21,809 nucleotides of DNA, taken from a virus. The position numbers were made by a program, and so were the translations under genes. Each line of letters begins with the position of its first letter. The first letter of the stretch is position 1. Below the pieces are notes generated by a model that was not told where the DNA came from, did no database searches, and saw nothing but the letters and a program-made list of their open reading frames with translations. Shown in pieces: positions 1 through 9,548 of this stretch. Location: positions 1-21,809 of the IMG/VR virus record IMGVR_UViG_3300045988_138221. One strand, given 5' to 3'.

Positions 1-15
1 ATGTAGGAGCAAACA

Positions 16-255
16 ATGCGTGATTTTAGCAAAAGTTTAATGGTGGGTAATGCTACTGGATATATTCAAACCAGAGAGGGAGCAACGCTGTCACAAATTG
101 AGTTAAATAGTGGCAGTTGGTGTTATTATATATCTAAAAATGGAACAAAATATGCAGTTCATAATGTGAATGGAAGATTAAGAGCATTTAAATCCCCAGG
201 AGGGCAAGAAGTATCTTTGCTACCTGATATGAGAAGCAAAATAAGGGCAAAATAA
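16..255 (+). CDS. Hypothetical small phage protein (79 aa)
   Basis: ORF preceded by TAGGAG 7 nt upstream. Its stop overlaps the next start (TAATG). No family recognised. Confidence 0.5.
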   Translation: MRDFSKSLMVGNATGYIQTREGATLSQIELNSGSWCYYISKNGTKYAVHNVNGRLRAFKSPGGQEVSLLPDMRSKIRAK

Positions 256-503
256 TGATGCGTGATTTCTCAAAAACAATTCGGGTAAAAAACTCCATGA
301 AAGGCATAGACGGCGTGCATTTAGACGTGCCGTTGTTCATCCGCCTTTTAGAGTTTGCCAGAGAAGAAGCCAAAGATGACGTTGATTTGCACGTCATAAC
401 CGAAAATATCAACAGAATTTTGCAAGGCTATGAGGAGAGCGGAGAGCCACACTCATTTTTGACCATGCAAGACTATGATGCCATCATTGAGGGATTAAAA
501 TAA
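255..503 (+). CDS. Hypothetical small acidic phage protein (82 aa)
   Basis: ORF coupled to the upstream stop (ATG at 255 or 258). Shares the N-terminal MRDFSK with the preceding ORF. No family recognised. Confidence 0.5.
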   Translation: MMRDFSKTIRVKNSMKGIDGVHLDVPLFIRLLEFAREEAKDDVDLHVITENINRILQGYEESGEPHSFLTMQDYDAIIEGLK

Positions 504-505
504 CC

Positions 506-910
506 ATGTCGATACTTCCTTTTGATTTTAGCCAAACGTTAGCAGAATTTGCTTGTCCGGAGAGCTTTACCGCTTATGAAATGGTGGGGCAATATGTCCG
601 GGGCGAATGGGTTATGACAAAGGAAAACGAACGCACCATTGATGAAGCCATTTTGCTTGATGTGGAAGAAGAAATCCTTGAAATCTTATCTGAGGGCAAT
701 TTGGTAGATGAAGCATACAGCATTATGTTTGCCAAAGACTATGACGAGTTTTTCATCATGGACCAAAACAATGCCACAATCCAAAACAAGCAAACATACG
801 TTGTTATTGATGGCAAAGAGTTTATTGTAAAGAGAAATCCTAAAACAAGCAAAAATTCAAACTTCCGCAGTTATTATGCAATTAAATATAAGGATATTGC
901 CAATGGTTAA
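506..910 (+). CDS. Hypothetical virion protein, possibly head-tail joining/neck (134 aa)
   Basis: ORF starts 3 nt after the previous stop. Lies upstream of the sheath gene. Function is inferred from synteny only. Confidence 0.45.
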   Translation: MSILPFDFSQTLAEFACPESFTAYEMVGQYVRGEWVMTKENERTIDEAILLDVEEEILEILSEGNLVDEAYSIMFAKDYDEFFIMDQNNATIQNKQTYVVIDGKEFIVKRNPKTSKNSNFRSYYAIKYKDIANG

Positions 911-1493
911 AACGGTAACAACAGAGGAAGCAAAAGAGCTTATTCGGGCGGCGGTTAAACTTGCCACCGGATGGGAAACAATCCTATGGCCATCGCAAGG
1001 TCCGCAAGCGGCAAACCAATATTGCACCGTTCGCTTAAAAGATGACCAGCCATATCAATACGACATCAGCGAAGAAAACGTAGATGAAAATGGCAATATG
1101 ATATATGACGAAATCCAAGAAACAATTATGGAGTTCGAAATTCAGGCATACGGCAAGGGAGCCATGGACAAGCTCAAATCTTTTATTGCCAAGCTCAAAC
1201 ATGATGAACGCTTCTACGGAGCAGAGAGCAACCCAGACATGGAGCAAAAATTCAAAAACGCTCCGTTGTGGGAATATATGGGCTTAGGCGGACATGACAG
1301 CGTGCAAGACATATCCATGCCGTTTATGGGAGCCGCTCAGCCGAGGGCAATCGTTACAATTTACATGAATGCCCTATGGCAAGACAAGCAACCTTTGTCA
1401 GAAGTTGACAGTTTTGATAAGGTTGACATAACTGTGGAAAGCATAAATAATAATAACAAATTTGTGCTTGAAATTAACAAAAACAAGAAGTAG
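903..1493 (+). CDS. Putative neck/tail-completion protein (196 aa from ATG 903)
   Basis: The ORF track starts at 876, but ATG 903 overlaps the upstream stop (ATGGTTAA) and has AAGGA about 9 nt upstream. Immediately precedes the sheath gene. Function is by position only. Confidence 0.45.
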   Translation: MVKTVTTEEAKELIRAAVKLATGWETILWPSQGPQAANQYCTVRLKDDQPYQYDISEENVDENGNMIYDEIQETIMEFEIQAYGKGAMDKLKSFIAKLKHDERFYGAESNPDMEQKFKNAPLWEYMGLGGHDSVQDISMPFMGAAQPRAIVTIYMNALWQDKQPLSEVDSFDKVDITVESINNNNKFVLEINKNKK

Positions 1494-1502
1494 GAGAATA
1501 AG

Positions 1503-2972
1503 ATGTCTCAATTACCAATTTCTTATGACATTCAATTCAGCCTTTCCAAAGCGAGCGGAGCGGCTGCAAGAGATATGACCTTGCTGAGTTTGTTCTCAAA
1601 CAAGACAAACTTTTTGCACGGCGAAAGAGTAAAGTTGGCATCCACATGGGATGGATATCAAAAATATTGCACGGTTGGCGATACTGTATATTGGGCCGGC
1701 AATGCTTTCTTTTCAAAAACAAACAGACCAAAGAGAATGGCAATCTCTGCAATTTATGATGCCGACCAAGCTGCTTATGCTTTGTCTCCGGTGGTTAAAT
1801 TGGACGAATTAAAAGCCGTTTCCGATGGTGCTTTCAAAATCACGGTTGATGGACAAGTAAAAGACATTTCCGGTCTTGACTTCCAATCTGCAACATCAAT
1901 TGAAAAAGTGGCCGAAGTTTTGAACGGAGCCGCAAGCGGTGCATTTGTTGCCAGCGACTACAATGGCCAATTGCTTGTAAAATCTGCCACACAAGGCACA
2001 TCATCCACCATCAGCCATGCCATGGCACCAGATAGCGGAACAGACGTATCCGACATGCTTGGATTGTCTGAAAAAGCCGGTGCAACTGTTGTGGACGGAT
2101 ACAAACACGGCACATTCTTAGAAGAAATAAACCAATGTATTGATTTTGCCAACAAAATGGGCGTTAACGTGTTTGGCTTTGCTTTGGATGCTGGATACAG
2201 AGATACGCAAGACCAAAAAGACTTTGCTGATTGGGTAAATGCACGCTCATATCGCTCAGTTTGCTCTTTGGTATCAAACAACCCAACCGCATATTCTGCA
2301 AGCGATAGCAACAACATTGTTGCATATTGCAACAAAAAAGGCATTGCCAACACATCAACATTCTACCACAACAACGCACAGGTATATCCCGATGTTGCTT
2401 ATTTGGCTGAATTTTTGGCCGTTAACTATAGCTTGGACGACCAAGTTATTGATGGCAAGTTCAAAGACATTGGCATTGAAGCCGCAAGCTTGCCGGATGT
2501 GGAAGCAAACTGGACTGTTCTTGAAAGCAAGAGAGCAAACACCATTTTATACGTTGGCGACACCGGCAAAAAGATTGTCCGCAACGGCGACCAATCATCT
2601 ATTGACTGGAGAACCGATAGCTGGGTTAATATCTGCAACTTTATCTCAGAATTAGAGATTGAAACCCTGAACGTATTCTTGCGTAACAAAAAGGTTGCAT
2701 ATACTCCGGCAGGTCAAAACTTGCTTCTTTCTGCCGCATCTAAAATCGGTAAAAAATACACCAAAAACGGCTCATTTGCCGACCGAGAAGAACAAAACGA
2801 TGCTTCAGAAAACGGCTTGTCTTTGGTGCCTGCGGTTGAACTTATTCCGCAAGAAATTTCTGAAACCACATCGGCACAACGCAAAGCCGGTATTGGCACA
2901 CCAATCCAAGTCAATGTTAATGACAGCGGTTCAATGAGAACCATTGCTTTGAACATTACTGTTACAGAGTAG
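1503..2972 (+). CDS. Tail sheath protein (489 aa, DUF3383-type by recollection)
   Basis: AGGAG SD. Its size and position directly upstream of a 135-aa tube-sized gene, a frameshifting chaperone and the TMP match the myovirus sheath slot. Confidence 0.75.
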   Translation: MSQLPISYDIQFSLSKASGAAARDMTLLSLFSNKTNFLHGERVKLASTWDGYQKYCTVGDTVYWAGNAFFSKTNRPKRMAISAIYDADQAAYALSPVVKLDELKAVSDGAFKITVDGQVKDISGLDFQSATSIEKVAEVLNGAASGAFVASDYNGQLLVKSATQGTSSTISHAMAPDSGTDVSDMLGLSEKAGATVVDGYKHGTFLEEINQCIDFANKMGVNVFGFALDAGYRDTQDQKDFADWVNARSYRSVCSLVSNNPTAYSASDSNNIVAYCNKKGIANTSTFYHNNAQVYPDVAYLAEFLAVNYSLDDQVIDGKFKDIGIEAASLPDVEANWTVLESKRANTILYVGDTGKKIVRNGDQSSIDWRTDSWVNICNFISELEIETLNVFLRNKKVAYTPAGQNLLLSAASKIGKKYTKNGSFADREEQNDASENGLSLVPAVELIPQEISETTSAQRKAGIGTPIQVNVNDSGSMRTIALNITVTE

Positions 2973-2984
2973 GGAGAATAAACA

Positions 2985-3392
2985 ATGTCAATTAAAAAAG
3001 TTTATAACCAAAGAAACTGTTCCGCATCTTTTAATGGTATTGATTTGAAAGGCTTGATGGACGGAAGCTCTATTGTGCTCGAACGTGTGGGCGGAGAAGT
3101 TGACATCACCGAGGGAACTGATGGCGGCGGATTAAACCAAGCTACCGACCAAGGCATCAGAGTTTCAATCACATTCAGAGAAACATCTCAATCAATTTCT
3201 ATGCTTGAAACCGCAAAGACATTGCAACAAAGAACCGGGGTGACATCCGTATTTGTTTTGCGTACCGGTGCCGACATGCTGGTAACAATTACCAACGCAA
3301 TGGTAAGCAATCCGTCAAGCCTTAGCACAGGCGACAAAAAACAAGGCGGTATCACATACACCTTTGTCGGAACTGATTATTTGATTAATTAA
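2985..3392 (+). CDS. Tail tube protein (135 aa)
   Basis: GGGAG SD. Small beta-rich protein between the sheath and chaperone genes. Call is by synteny. Confidence 0.7.
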   Translation: MSIKKVYNQRNCSASFNGIDLKGLMDGSSIVLERVGGEVDITEGTDGGGLNQATDQGIRVSITFRETSQSISMLETAKTLQQRTGVTSVFVLRTGADMLVTITNAMVSNPSSLSTGDKKQGGITYTFVGTDYLIN

Positions 3393-3414
3393 TGAAAAAT
3401 CATAGGAGATAAAA

Positions 3415-3906
3415 ATGGGGGATTTTTCAAAAATAACAATAAACAACCACGTTTATAAGGTTGAGAGCTATTCGGTTATGGATGCCGTCATGTATCACTT
3501 GGAGTTTTTGAGCAAGTTTGGCGGCCTCCTTGCCGGATTAACAAAGATTGTGACCGAGAAGAACAAAAAAGTTGAAGACACCGACTTTATTGCTCTTTTT
3601 TCTTCCATAAATCCGGAAGAAACAAAACAAATTATTAATCAGGTTTTGCAACGAGTAATCACACCGGAGAATGTTCGCTTGGACAACGAGATGGTTATTC
3701 AAAGCTGGTTTTCAAAAACAGAAAACAGCCATGAGCTTTGGCTGGTTGTTGTTGCTGCAATGGTTGAACTGTTGGGGGAACAATTGCCTGCTACGCTGAA
3801 TTCAGCAGTAGTAGGCTTGAAATCAATGGTGGCAAACTTATCGACATCCCAGATGGATATCGAGCCATCAGCTTTATCTCCGGTCCAATCAAAAAAGGTA
3901 TTATAA
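3415..3906 (+). CDS. Tail assembly chaperone, short (G-like) form (163 aa)
   Basis: AGGAG SD. Lies immediately upstream of the TMP. Contains the slippery heptamer A_AAA_AAG in the correct zero-frame phase near its 3' end. Confidence 0.8.
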   Translation: MGDFSKITINNHVYKVESYSVMDAVMYHLEFLSKFGGLLAGLTKIVTEKNKKVEDTDFIALFSSINPEETKQIINQVLQRVITPENVRLDNEMVIQSWFSKTENSHELWLVVVAAMVELLGEQLPATLNSAVVGLKSMVANLSTSQMDIEPSALSPVQSKKVL

Positions 3907-4010
3907 ACCTTGATTATTTGACCAAAACCAGCGATGTGAAAACATTTTACATTGCCAAAAAAATAGATAATTGGCTTGATTATGCTGAGAGCCAAGCAAG
4001 AGGGGAATAA
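3891..4010 (+). other. Programmed -1 ribosomal frameshift site (A_AAA_AAG, 3891-3897) plus the 37-codon -1 frame extension (GT-like long form, 198 aa fusion)
   Basis: Zero-frame codons are tcA AAA AAG. The -1 frame reads GGT ATT ATA ... GAA and stops at TAA 4008-4010, 3 nt before the TMP ATG at 4014. Confidence 0.75.
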
Positions 4011-4013
4011 CAA

Positions 4014-5378
4014 ATGGCGATAGCAAACGAACTTGTCCAGCTTTTGAGCTTCAAACTGAGCGACCAATCCAAAGCCGCATTTGAAACATTCAAAAAAGGT
4101 TTGTCTGATTTGCGTGAGGGAATGCAGACAGTTGCCGCTGCGGCAACCGCAACCGGCACGGCTATTGCCTTAACTATCAAATCGGTATCAGATGGGGCGG
4201 TAGAATTAACCAACCTCAGCAAGACCACCGGAATTGCCACAAAAACTCTGCAAGAATATAAATACGCTGCCGAGAGTGTCGGTGTGTCTTCTGATGCCGT
4301 AACCTCAGACTTGCAAATGCTCATCGAAACCATGTCTTCGCCAATCCCCGGAGAGTTTAACGAAGCATTGTTCATGATGGGCATTGGCATCCGAGATGCA
4401 TCCGGTCAAATGAAATCTGCCGATGCTTTGCTTGGCGACATTGCCGACAAACTCAACGGCATGAACGAGCAAAAAGCCCTACAATGGGCAAACCGCCTTG
4501 GCTTGAGCAACGACACGCTTGTTTTAATCAAACAAGGCCGTTTAAGTCTTGAGCAACTCCGCAAGGAAGCAAATGCTCTTGGGGCAGTTATCCCTGAAGA
4601 AACACTCAAACGAGGGGCAGAATTTAAGAAGTCGCTGAATGCATTGGAGTTTGCATTTAAGGGTATTGGCCGAACGGTTGCGTTGTCGGTTGCTCCCGGT
4701 TTAACTGATGTTGTTACGTCCATGAAAGATTGGATTGTGGCAAACTCTCGCATTTTGAAGCAAGGCATAGAAAAGACCGTCAAAGGCTTGGGAGATGGCT
4801 TAACCGGAACAACGGATATTCTCGGTCGGTTTATCAAAAACATAAAAGGGTTTTTGCCAGACTTAGGGGAATTTAATGATAAAATTGATTTGGCATCACT
4901 CATCAGCGGCACATTGCGAGGTGCTTTGCTTGGCTTGCTGGTTATATTTACACCAATGATTGCCAAACTGGCATTGATTGGAACAGCGTTCACAGTTGCT
5001 GCTTTGGCCATAGAAGATTTTGTCATCTGGTGCATGAACGGAGAATCCGCTCTTGGAAAGCTCATTGACAAATGGGATAACTGGGCAGAGCGTTGGAAAA
5101 AAGAAAGCTGGTGGCAAGCAGCCATCGCCGGAATAGCAACAATTCCGCAACAAATGGGAGAAGCCTTTGCCACAGGTGCATCATGGTTTGATAATTACGA
5201 GGGCAAGGGAGCATATCAAGCAATGTTGCAAGGACAAGGAAGCACGACAATTAATAACTCTCCGCAAATAACCATCATGACCGGAGCCAATGCACAAGAG
5301 GTTATGAACGTGATGACACCATACATCAGCACGGCTCAAACCAACACCCCCGGACAATTCACACCATTTGTGAGGTAA
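4014..5378 (+). CDS. Tail tape measure protein (454 aa)
   Basis: Follows the chaperone. Ala/Gly/Leu-rich helical N-terminal half and hydrophobic segments (LLGLLVIFTPMIAKLALIGTAFTVAALAI) are typical of TMPs. Confidence 0.8.
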   Translation: MAIANELVQLLSFKLSDQSKAAFETFKKGLSDLREGMQTVAAAATATGTAIALTIKSVSDGAVELTNLSKTTGIATKTLQEYKYAAESVGVSSDAVTSDLQMLIETMSSPIPGEFNEALFMMGIGIRDASGQMKSADALLGDIADKLNGMNEQKALQWANRLGLSNDTLVLIKQGRLSLEQLRKEANALGAVIPEETLKRGAEFKKSLNALEFAFKGIGRTVALSVAPGLTDVVTSMKDWIVANSRILKQGIEKTVKGLGDGLTGTTDILGRFIKNIKGFLPDLGEFNDKIDLASLISGTLRGALLGLLVIFTPMIAKLALIGTAFTVAALAIEDFVIWCMNGESALGKLIDKWDNWAERWKKESWWQAAIAGIATIPQQMGEAFATGASWFDNYEGKGAYQAMLQGQGSTTINNSPQITIMTGANAQEVMNVMTPYISTAQTNTPGQFTPFVR

Positions 5379-5381
5379 TAT

Positions 5382-5954
5382 ATGGTAGCTTTATCCTTAA
5401 ATACAATTACAAATTTTTTATTTGGGCAAGCTCTTATAAGCTCTCCGACATACGGCGAAATTATGGCCGATGTAAAAATGTCGGAAGACCACACACGCAA
5501 AAACGAGGTAACGCAAAACACACTTGAGAGCGGAGCCGTTATTGCCGACCATGTCATCATTCATCCGAGGGTTTTGTCCATCAATTTTGGGGTAACCAAT
5601 ACCGGATGGACAAGTTTGCTTGAAAGCCGGAGCCAAGAGATATTTGACAAGCTGGACAACATCAGCCGCACGCAAGAGCTTATAACTGTTACAACCGAGC
5701 ATTATTCCTACACAAATATGATGATTTCAAACGTCCGCATGCTTCACTCCGCACCATACAAGGGATCCTTGCAAATTGCTTGCGATTTTGAGGAGCTTAA
5801 CTTCTCTGATTTGCAAGTGATAAAAAATGCCAATGTTGTGTCGCAAGAGGGCGGTATAGGAAAGTCTTTGACAAACACAGTAAATGCCGGAAAGCAGCAA
5901 GTGCAAAAGATGACCGGAAACCTAAAAAGCACGTTATCCGGCTTTGTTTCATAG
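5382..5954 (+). CDS. Tail/baseplate-associated protein downstream of TMP (190 aa)
   Basis: GAGG SD. Position between the TMP and the hub gene. No motif confidently recognised. Confidence 0.5.
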   Translation: MVALSLNTITNFLFGQALISSPTYGEIMADVKMSEDHTRKNEVTQNTLESGAVIADHVIIHPRVLSINFGVTNTGWTSLLESRSQEIFDKLDNISRTQELITVTTEHYSYTNMMISNVRMLHSAPYKGSLQIACDFEELNFSDLQVIKNANVVSQEGGIGKSLTNTVNAGKQQVQKMTGNLKSTLSGFVS

Positions 5955-5966
5955 GGAGATTTGCAG

Positions 5967-6314
5967 ATGCCTTTTATTGTTCCACTTACCAATGACGGCT
6001 CACGCAGAGCAACATACAACCTCGGCGGCAAGGATTATATCATAGAAACATATTATTTGCCAAAAACCCAAACATGGCTGATGGACATTTACGATATTAA
6101 TGAAAACCCGATTTTGACCGGAATTAGTCTTCTTCCCGGTGTGGATAACTTGGTTAAAGGCTTGTGCATTGAGTTTGATGAGCAAGCCTTCCAAGTGCAG
6201 ACCACAGACGGCGGAAACAACGACACTCCGGACAGCTTGGGAACAACCGCATTTTTGATTTATTATGCCAAAGGCGAAGAAGTGCCGGTAGCTTATGAGG
6301 ACAAAATGCTATGA
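5967..6314 (+). CDS. Small baseplate-module protein (115 aa from ATG 5967)
   Basis: GGGAG lies 8 nt upstream of ATG 5967 (the track's TTG 5961 is less likely). The stop overlaps the next start (ATGA). Confidence 0.5.
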   Translation: MPFIVPLTNDGSRRATYNLGGKDYIIETYYLPKTQTWLMDIYDINENPILTGISLLPGVDNLVKGLCIEFDEQAFQVQTTDGGNNDTPDSLGTTAFLIYYAKGEEVPVAYEDKML

Positions 6315-7189
6315 CAGATTTTTGCCGAGAAATTGAGGTCATATTTGGGCCGCTCAAAGACTGGGAAAAAAACGAGGGCAAAAGTCCGCTTGTCCGCATT
6401 TTATCAGATGGCACACCAAACACATTGCGAGTTCGTGCGGCCGTATCAAAGACCATGCTTGGCGTGCCAAATTCAAGCTCTGTTTCCATTTGGAATTTGA
6501 GCCGAGAAACAAGAAACTCAATTTGTCAGAGCCAACTCAGCATGAAAGTCTATGCCGGATACAAGGGGCAAAAAAAAGAGCTTTTATTCTCCGGGGGTGT
6601 TTTGTCTGTTGTGATTGAAAAAAGCGGAGCCGACATCATCACGCACCTAAACGGACTTGATGGCCAAAGCAATTTGTTGCGTTCGGTGGTTTCTCAATCT
6701 TTTGAGCAACAGGTGGAGCTTAAAGAGGTAATAAAAAAAATTGCCGCATCAATCGAGGGGGTCGGGGTTAACCCTGAAGACATTAACGTAGATGGCAAGA
6801 CCGGATATTCCGGCATTGTGGCAAGCGGCAACGCAAGAGCCGTTTTGGACAAGCTTGGTCAACAATATGGCTTTAATTGGTTTATTGAAAATGGTAGCTT
6901 TAAGGCTGTGGGCGATAAAAAAACCTTCAGCAATACAGTTGTGCTTGACGGTGCATCAAGGTTAAAGAAAGTTGCCCCATTGCTTTCTGGGCCGGCACAA
7001 GCACAAATAGGGGTGGACATCCAAGCAATGTATGTGCCGGGTGTCTCCCCCGCCAATACAATAAAGGTAAAAAGCAGCGTTAATCCGCTTTTGAACGGAA
7101 CATACAAGATACACAATGCCGACTTTGACCTAGACACAAGGTCAAACAGTTGGGATATGAGTTTGCAATGCTTTACTGTGGGGTTATAA
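6311..7189 (+). CDS. Baseplate hub-like protein (292 aa; XkdQ / Mu gp44 slot)
   Basis: Translationally coupled. Sits directly upstream of the gpV-like spike. Call is by synteny. Confidence 0.55.
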   Translation: MTDFCREIEVIFGPLKDWEKNEGKSPLVRILSDGTPNTLRVRAAVSKTMLGVPNSSSVSIWNLSRETRNSICQSQLSMKVYAGYKGQKKELLFSGGVLSVVIEKSGADIITHLNGLDGQSNLLRSVVSQSFEQQVELKEVIKKIAASIEGVGVNPEDINVDGKTGYSGIVASGNARAVLDKLGQQYGFNWFIENGSFKAVGDKKTFSNTVVLDGASRLKKVAPLLSGPAQAQIGVDIQAMYVPGVSPANTIKVKSSVNPLLNGTYKIHNADFDLDTRSNSWDMSLQCFTVGL

Positions 7190-7192
7190 AAA

Positions 7193-7954
7193 ATGGATTT
7201 TAGCGGAAACAGAAACGCCGGAATAGAATTTAATATGCAGTTTGACCGCAAAGCGGCAGACATTCACACATCAATACCGGCCATCATCCAAAGCGTGGAC
7301 TATGCCAATCAGGTGGTGTCAGCCATTCCGGCAATTCAGATAAAAATCGTTGATCCAAACACCAAGCTGGTCAGATACATCAACCGGCCATTAATCACAA
7401 ACATCCCTATGGCTTTGGCATGGAGCGAGGGATTGGGACTTGGAACAACGATGCCTTATAGAACAGGCGACAAATGCACGCTCATATTTGCCGAGAGAGC
7501 CTTGGACAATTTTTTAATCACCGGACAAATATCAGCTCCCTCAGACGGAACAACGCCGGACACTTGCACAATCAGGTGTTTTGATGAAACCGATGCCATG
7601 TGCTTCCCCGGAATTATAACTAAAGCAAAAATCCCAAATTATAGCTCCGATGCGGTGGAAATACGCAACGCAGACAAAAGCTCATTGTTTAGCTTATCAA
7701 ATACAAGTTTGACATTAAAACAGGGTGGAGTTAGTATAGTTTTAGCAAATGAAAAAATAACCATTGTGGGAGATGTTGAACATACCGGAAATGAAACAAT
7801 AACCGGAAACATCAGCCACACCGGCGACCAAACAACCACCGGAACGATTACCGGACAAACGGATGTTGTGGCTGCCGGCATAAGCGGAAAAGGACACACG
7901 CACAAATATAACCCCGGACCGGGTGGACCAGTACCATCTCAACCGCCGGAATAG
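7193..7954 (+). CDS. Baseplate spike / assembly protein V-like (253 aa)
   Basis: C-terminal beta-helix-like repeats GNETITGNISHTGDQTTTGTITGQTDVVAAGISGKGHTHKY resemble the P2 gpV/gp5-type spike ending in an H-x-H motif. Position precedes the gpW-like and J genes. Confidence 0.7.
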   Translation: MDFSGNRNAGIEFNMQFDRKAADIHTSIPAIIQSVDYANQVVSAIPAIQIKIVDPNTKLVRYINRPLITNIPMALAWSEGLGLGTTMPYRTGDKCTLIFAERALDNFLITGQISAPSDGTTPDTCTIRCFDETDAMCFPGIITKAKIPNYSSDAVEIRNADKSSLFSLSNTSLTLKQGGVSIVLANEKITIVGDVEHTGNETITGNISHTGDQTTTGTITGQTDVVAAGISGKGHTHKYNPGPGGPVPSQPPE

Positions 7955-7963
7955 GAGAACACA

Positions 7964-8320
7964 ATGAGCATTGACATGGCAATAAACGAAAAAACAGGCG
8001 ACATTGCCACCAAAGACGGCAAGATGTACTATGTGACCGGTGGCAATGAGGTTGCTCAAAGGGTTGTCACACGCATCCGCCGCTTAAAAGGCGAATGGAT
8101 AAACTACACTCCTGCCGGCATACCTTATTATACCGAAATTTTAGGCACAAAAAACGTGCAAAAGTTTAATTTATTGTTACGCAAAGAGATTTTTAATACC
8201 GAGGGAGTTGAAGAAATCCGCAAATTAAATTTGCTTTTTGATAACAAAACAAACTCATGCTCCGTCTATGCCGAAATAAAGGTCAAAGGCGAGTTTTTCA
8301 CAATTAGCGAGGATTTATAA
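7964..8320 (+). CDS. Baseplate wedge protein, gpW/gp25/XkdS-like (118 aa)
   Basis: AGGAG SD. Size and position immediately upstream of baseplate J. Confidence 0.6.
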   Translation: MSIDMAINEKTGDIATKDGKMYYVTGGNEVAQRVVTRIRRLKGEWINYTPAGIPYYTEILGTKNVQKFNLLLRKEIFNTEGVEEIRKLNLLFDNKTNSCSVYAEIKVKGEFFTISEDL

Positions 8321-8322
8321 AA

Positions 8323-9537
8323 ATGGCAGAATTTGGAATGACAGATACCGGCTTCAAGCCAAAAAGAATTTCAGACGTCTATGACAGCATCAAAGCCAGA
8401 ATAACCGAAATCACCGATGAAAAAACCGGAGAAAAGGTTTTTCAAAACGAGAGTGACGATAGCTTATTTATGCAATTTAGTTTTATTGTGGCGGAAGCCA
8501 TTGCCGAATGTTGGGAGCAAGCATTCCAAGCCTCAAACGTTCGCAGACCCAGAAATGCCAAAGGAGCCATTTTGCGAGGGTTAATCCAGCTTAACGGCTT
8601 GTTGGCCAAGTTTGGCAGCCAAACACAAATTAACGTCAAATTTACAGGATTGAAAGATGCAACCATTCCGCAGGGCTCGCTTATTTCAGATGTGGAAAAC
8701 TCTGTTAATTATTCTGTGGATAAGTCGGTAACAATTGGAGCGGACGGAACCGCAACCGGCACGGCAACCGCATTAACCAAAGGACCAATTAACCCAAACA
8801 ACAACACGGTCATTGTGATTAAAACGCCAACATACGGCTGGACAAATGTCACAAACACCGGTGTTGTGGTTGTGGGAGCCGAACCGCAAACAGATGAAGA
8901 ACTGCACCTTGAGCAACAAAGAGCCACATCAAACACGGCATATCGCCAGATTGATGCCATTTATTCCGGCTTGCTTAATGTTTCCGGTGTGGAATTTGCT
9001 CGTGTATATCAAAACACCGGATTGACCACCGACAGCCGAGGGATTGAAGCCAAGAGCGTGGCTGCGGTTGTTGTTGGTGGCACAAACGAAGACATTGCAA
9101 ACTCTATTGCAAAAAAATCTGCAAATATCAACAGCTTTTTTGGCACAACTGAGGTGGATGTAACAGACAACCAAGGCCAAGTGAACAAAATCAAATTTAG
9201 CCGACCGGAAGAAGTAGAGATTGATGTTGAAGTCAATATCACGGTTACAGATTCCGCTTTATTTCCTGCTTCAAAGCAAGATGCCATTGACCAGATAAAA
9301 CAAAACATAATCACTTATGCCGAGTATAATTTGCAAGCCACAGAGGGATTTGCCCCCGGTGTGGACGTTGTTCGCACAAGGTTATATACTCCGGTCAATG
9401 AAGTCCCCGGCTTTAAGGTCAACAGCCTAAAGATTGGCAAGCATGGCCAAGGAGCCGCCGCAGAAAACGACATTGATATTGCATGGAACCAAGTTGCCGT
9501 ATTTAAGGAAGCCAATATCAAGGTAGAAGTTGTATAG
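8323..9537 (+). CDS. Baseplate J-like protein (404 aa)
   Basis: Size, position, and an N-terminus of the type ...TDTGFKPKRISDVYDSIKARI... typical of the Baseplate_J family (recollection). Confidence 0.7.
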   Translation: MAEFGMTDTGFKPKRISDVYDSIKARITEITDEKTGEKVFQNESDDSLFMQFSFIVAEAIAECWEQAFQASNVRRPRNAKGAILRGLIQLNGLLAKFGSQTQINVKFTGLKDATIPQGSLISDVENSVNYSVDKSVTIGADGTATGTATALTKGPINPNNNTVIVIKTPTYGWTNVTNTGVVVVGAEPQTDEELHLEQQRATSNTAYRQIDAIYSGLLNVSGVEFARVYQNTGLTTDSRGIEAKSVAAVVVGGTNEDIANSIAKKSANINSFFGTTEVDVTDNQGQVNKIKFSRPEEVEIDVEVNITVTDSALFPASKQDAIDQIKQNIITYAEYNLQATEGFAPGVDVVRTRLYTPVNEVPGFKVNSLKIGKHGQGAAAENDIDIAWNQVAVFKEANIKVEVV

Positions 9538-9548
9538 GGAGAAAAAAG

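Noticed and set aside
2239-2655. Out-of-frame + strand ORFs nested in larger genes: 1105-1287, 2239-2655, 2695-2937, 10540-10758, 11595-11864, 13535-13759, 14588-14824, 15680-15880, 17777-18043 and 19783-20007.
   Set aside because: Alternative frames of confidently coding regions, with no ribosome-binding sites and low-complexity or odd composition. The only nested ORF I accept is the lipobox-bearing o-spanin.
4406-5173. Long minus-strand ORF (255 aa) antisense to the tape measure gene. Similar minus-strand ORFs occur throughout, for example 1958-2353, 3699-4067, 3980-4390, 6154-6489, 6859-7263, 9315-9692, 14656-15015 and 18199-18552.
   Set aside because: Each lies entirely inside a well-supported + strand gene. 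None has an SD. Their compositions are biased (Ser/Pro/Ala/Cys-rich), as is typical of shadow frames, and none fits the unidirectional operon layout.
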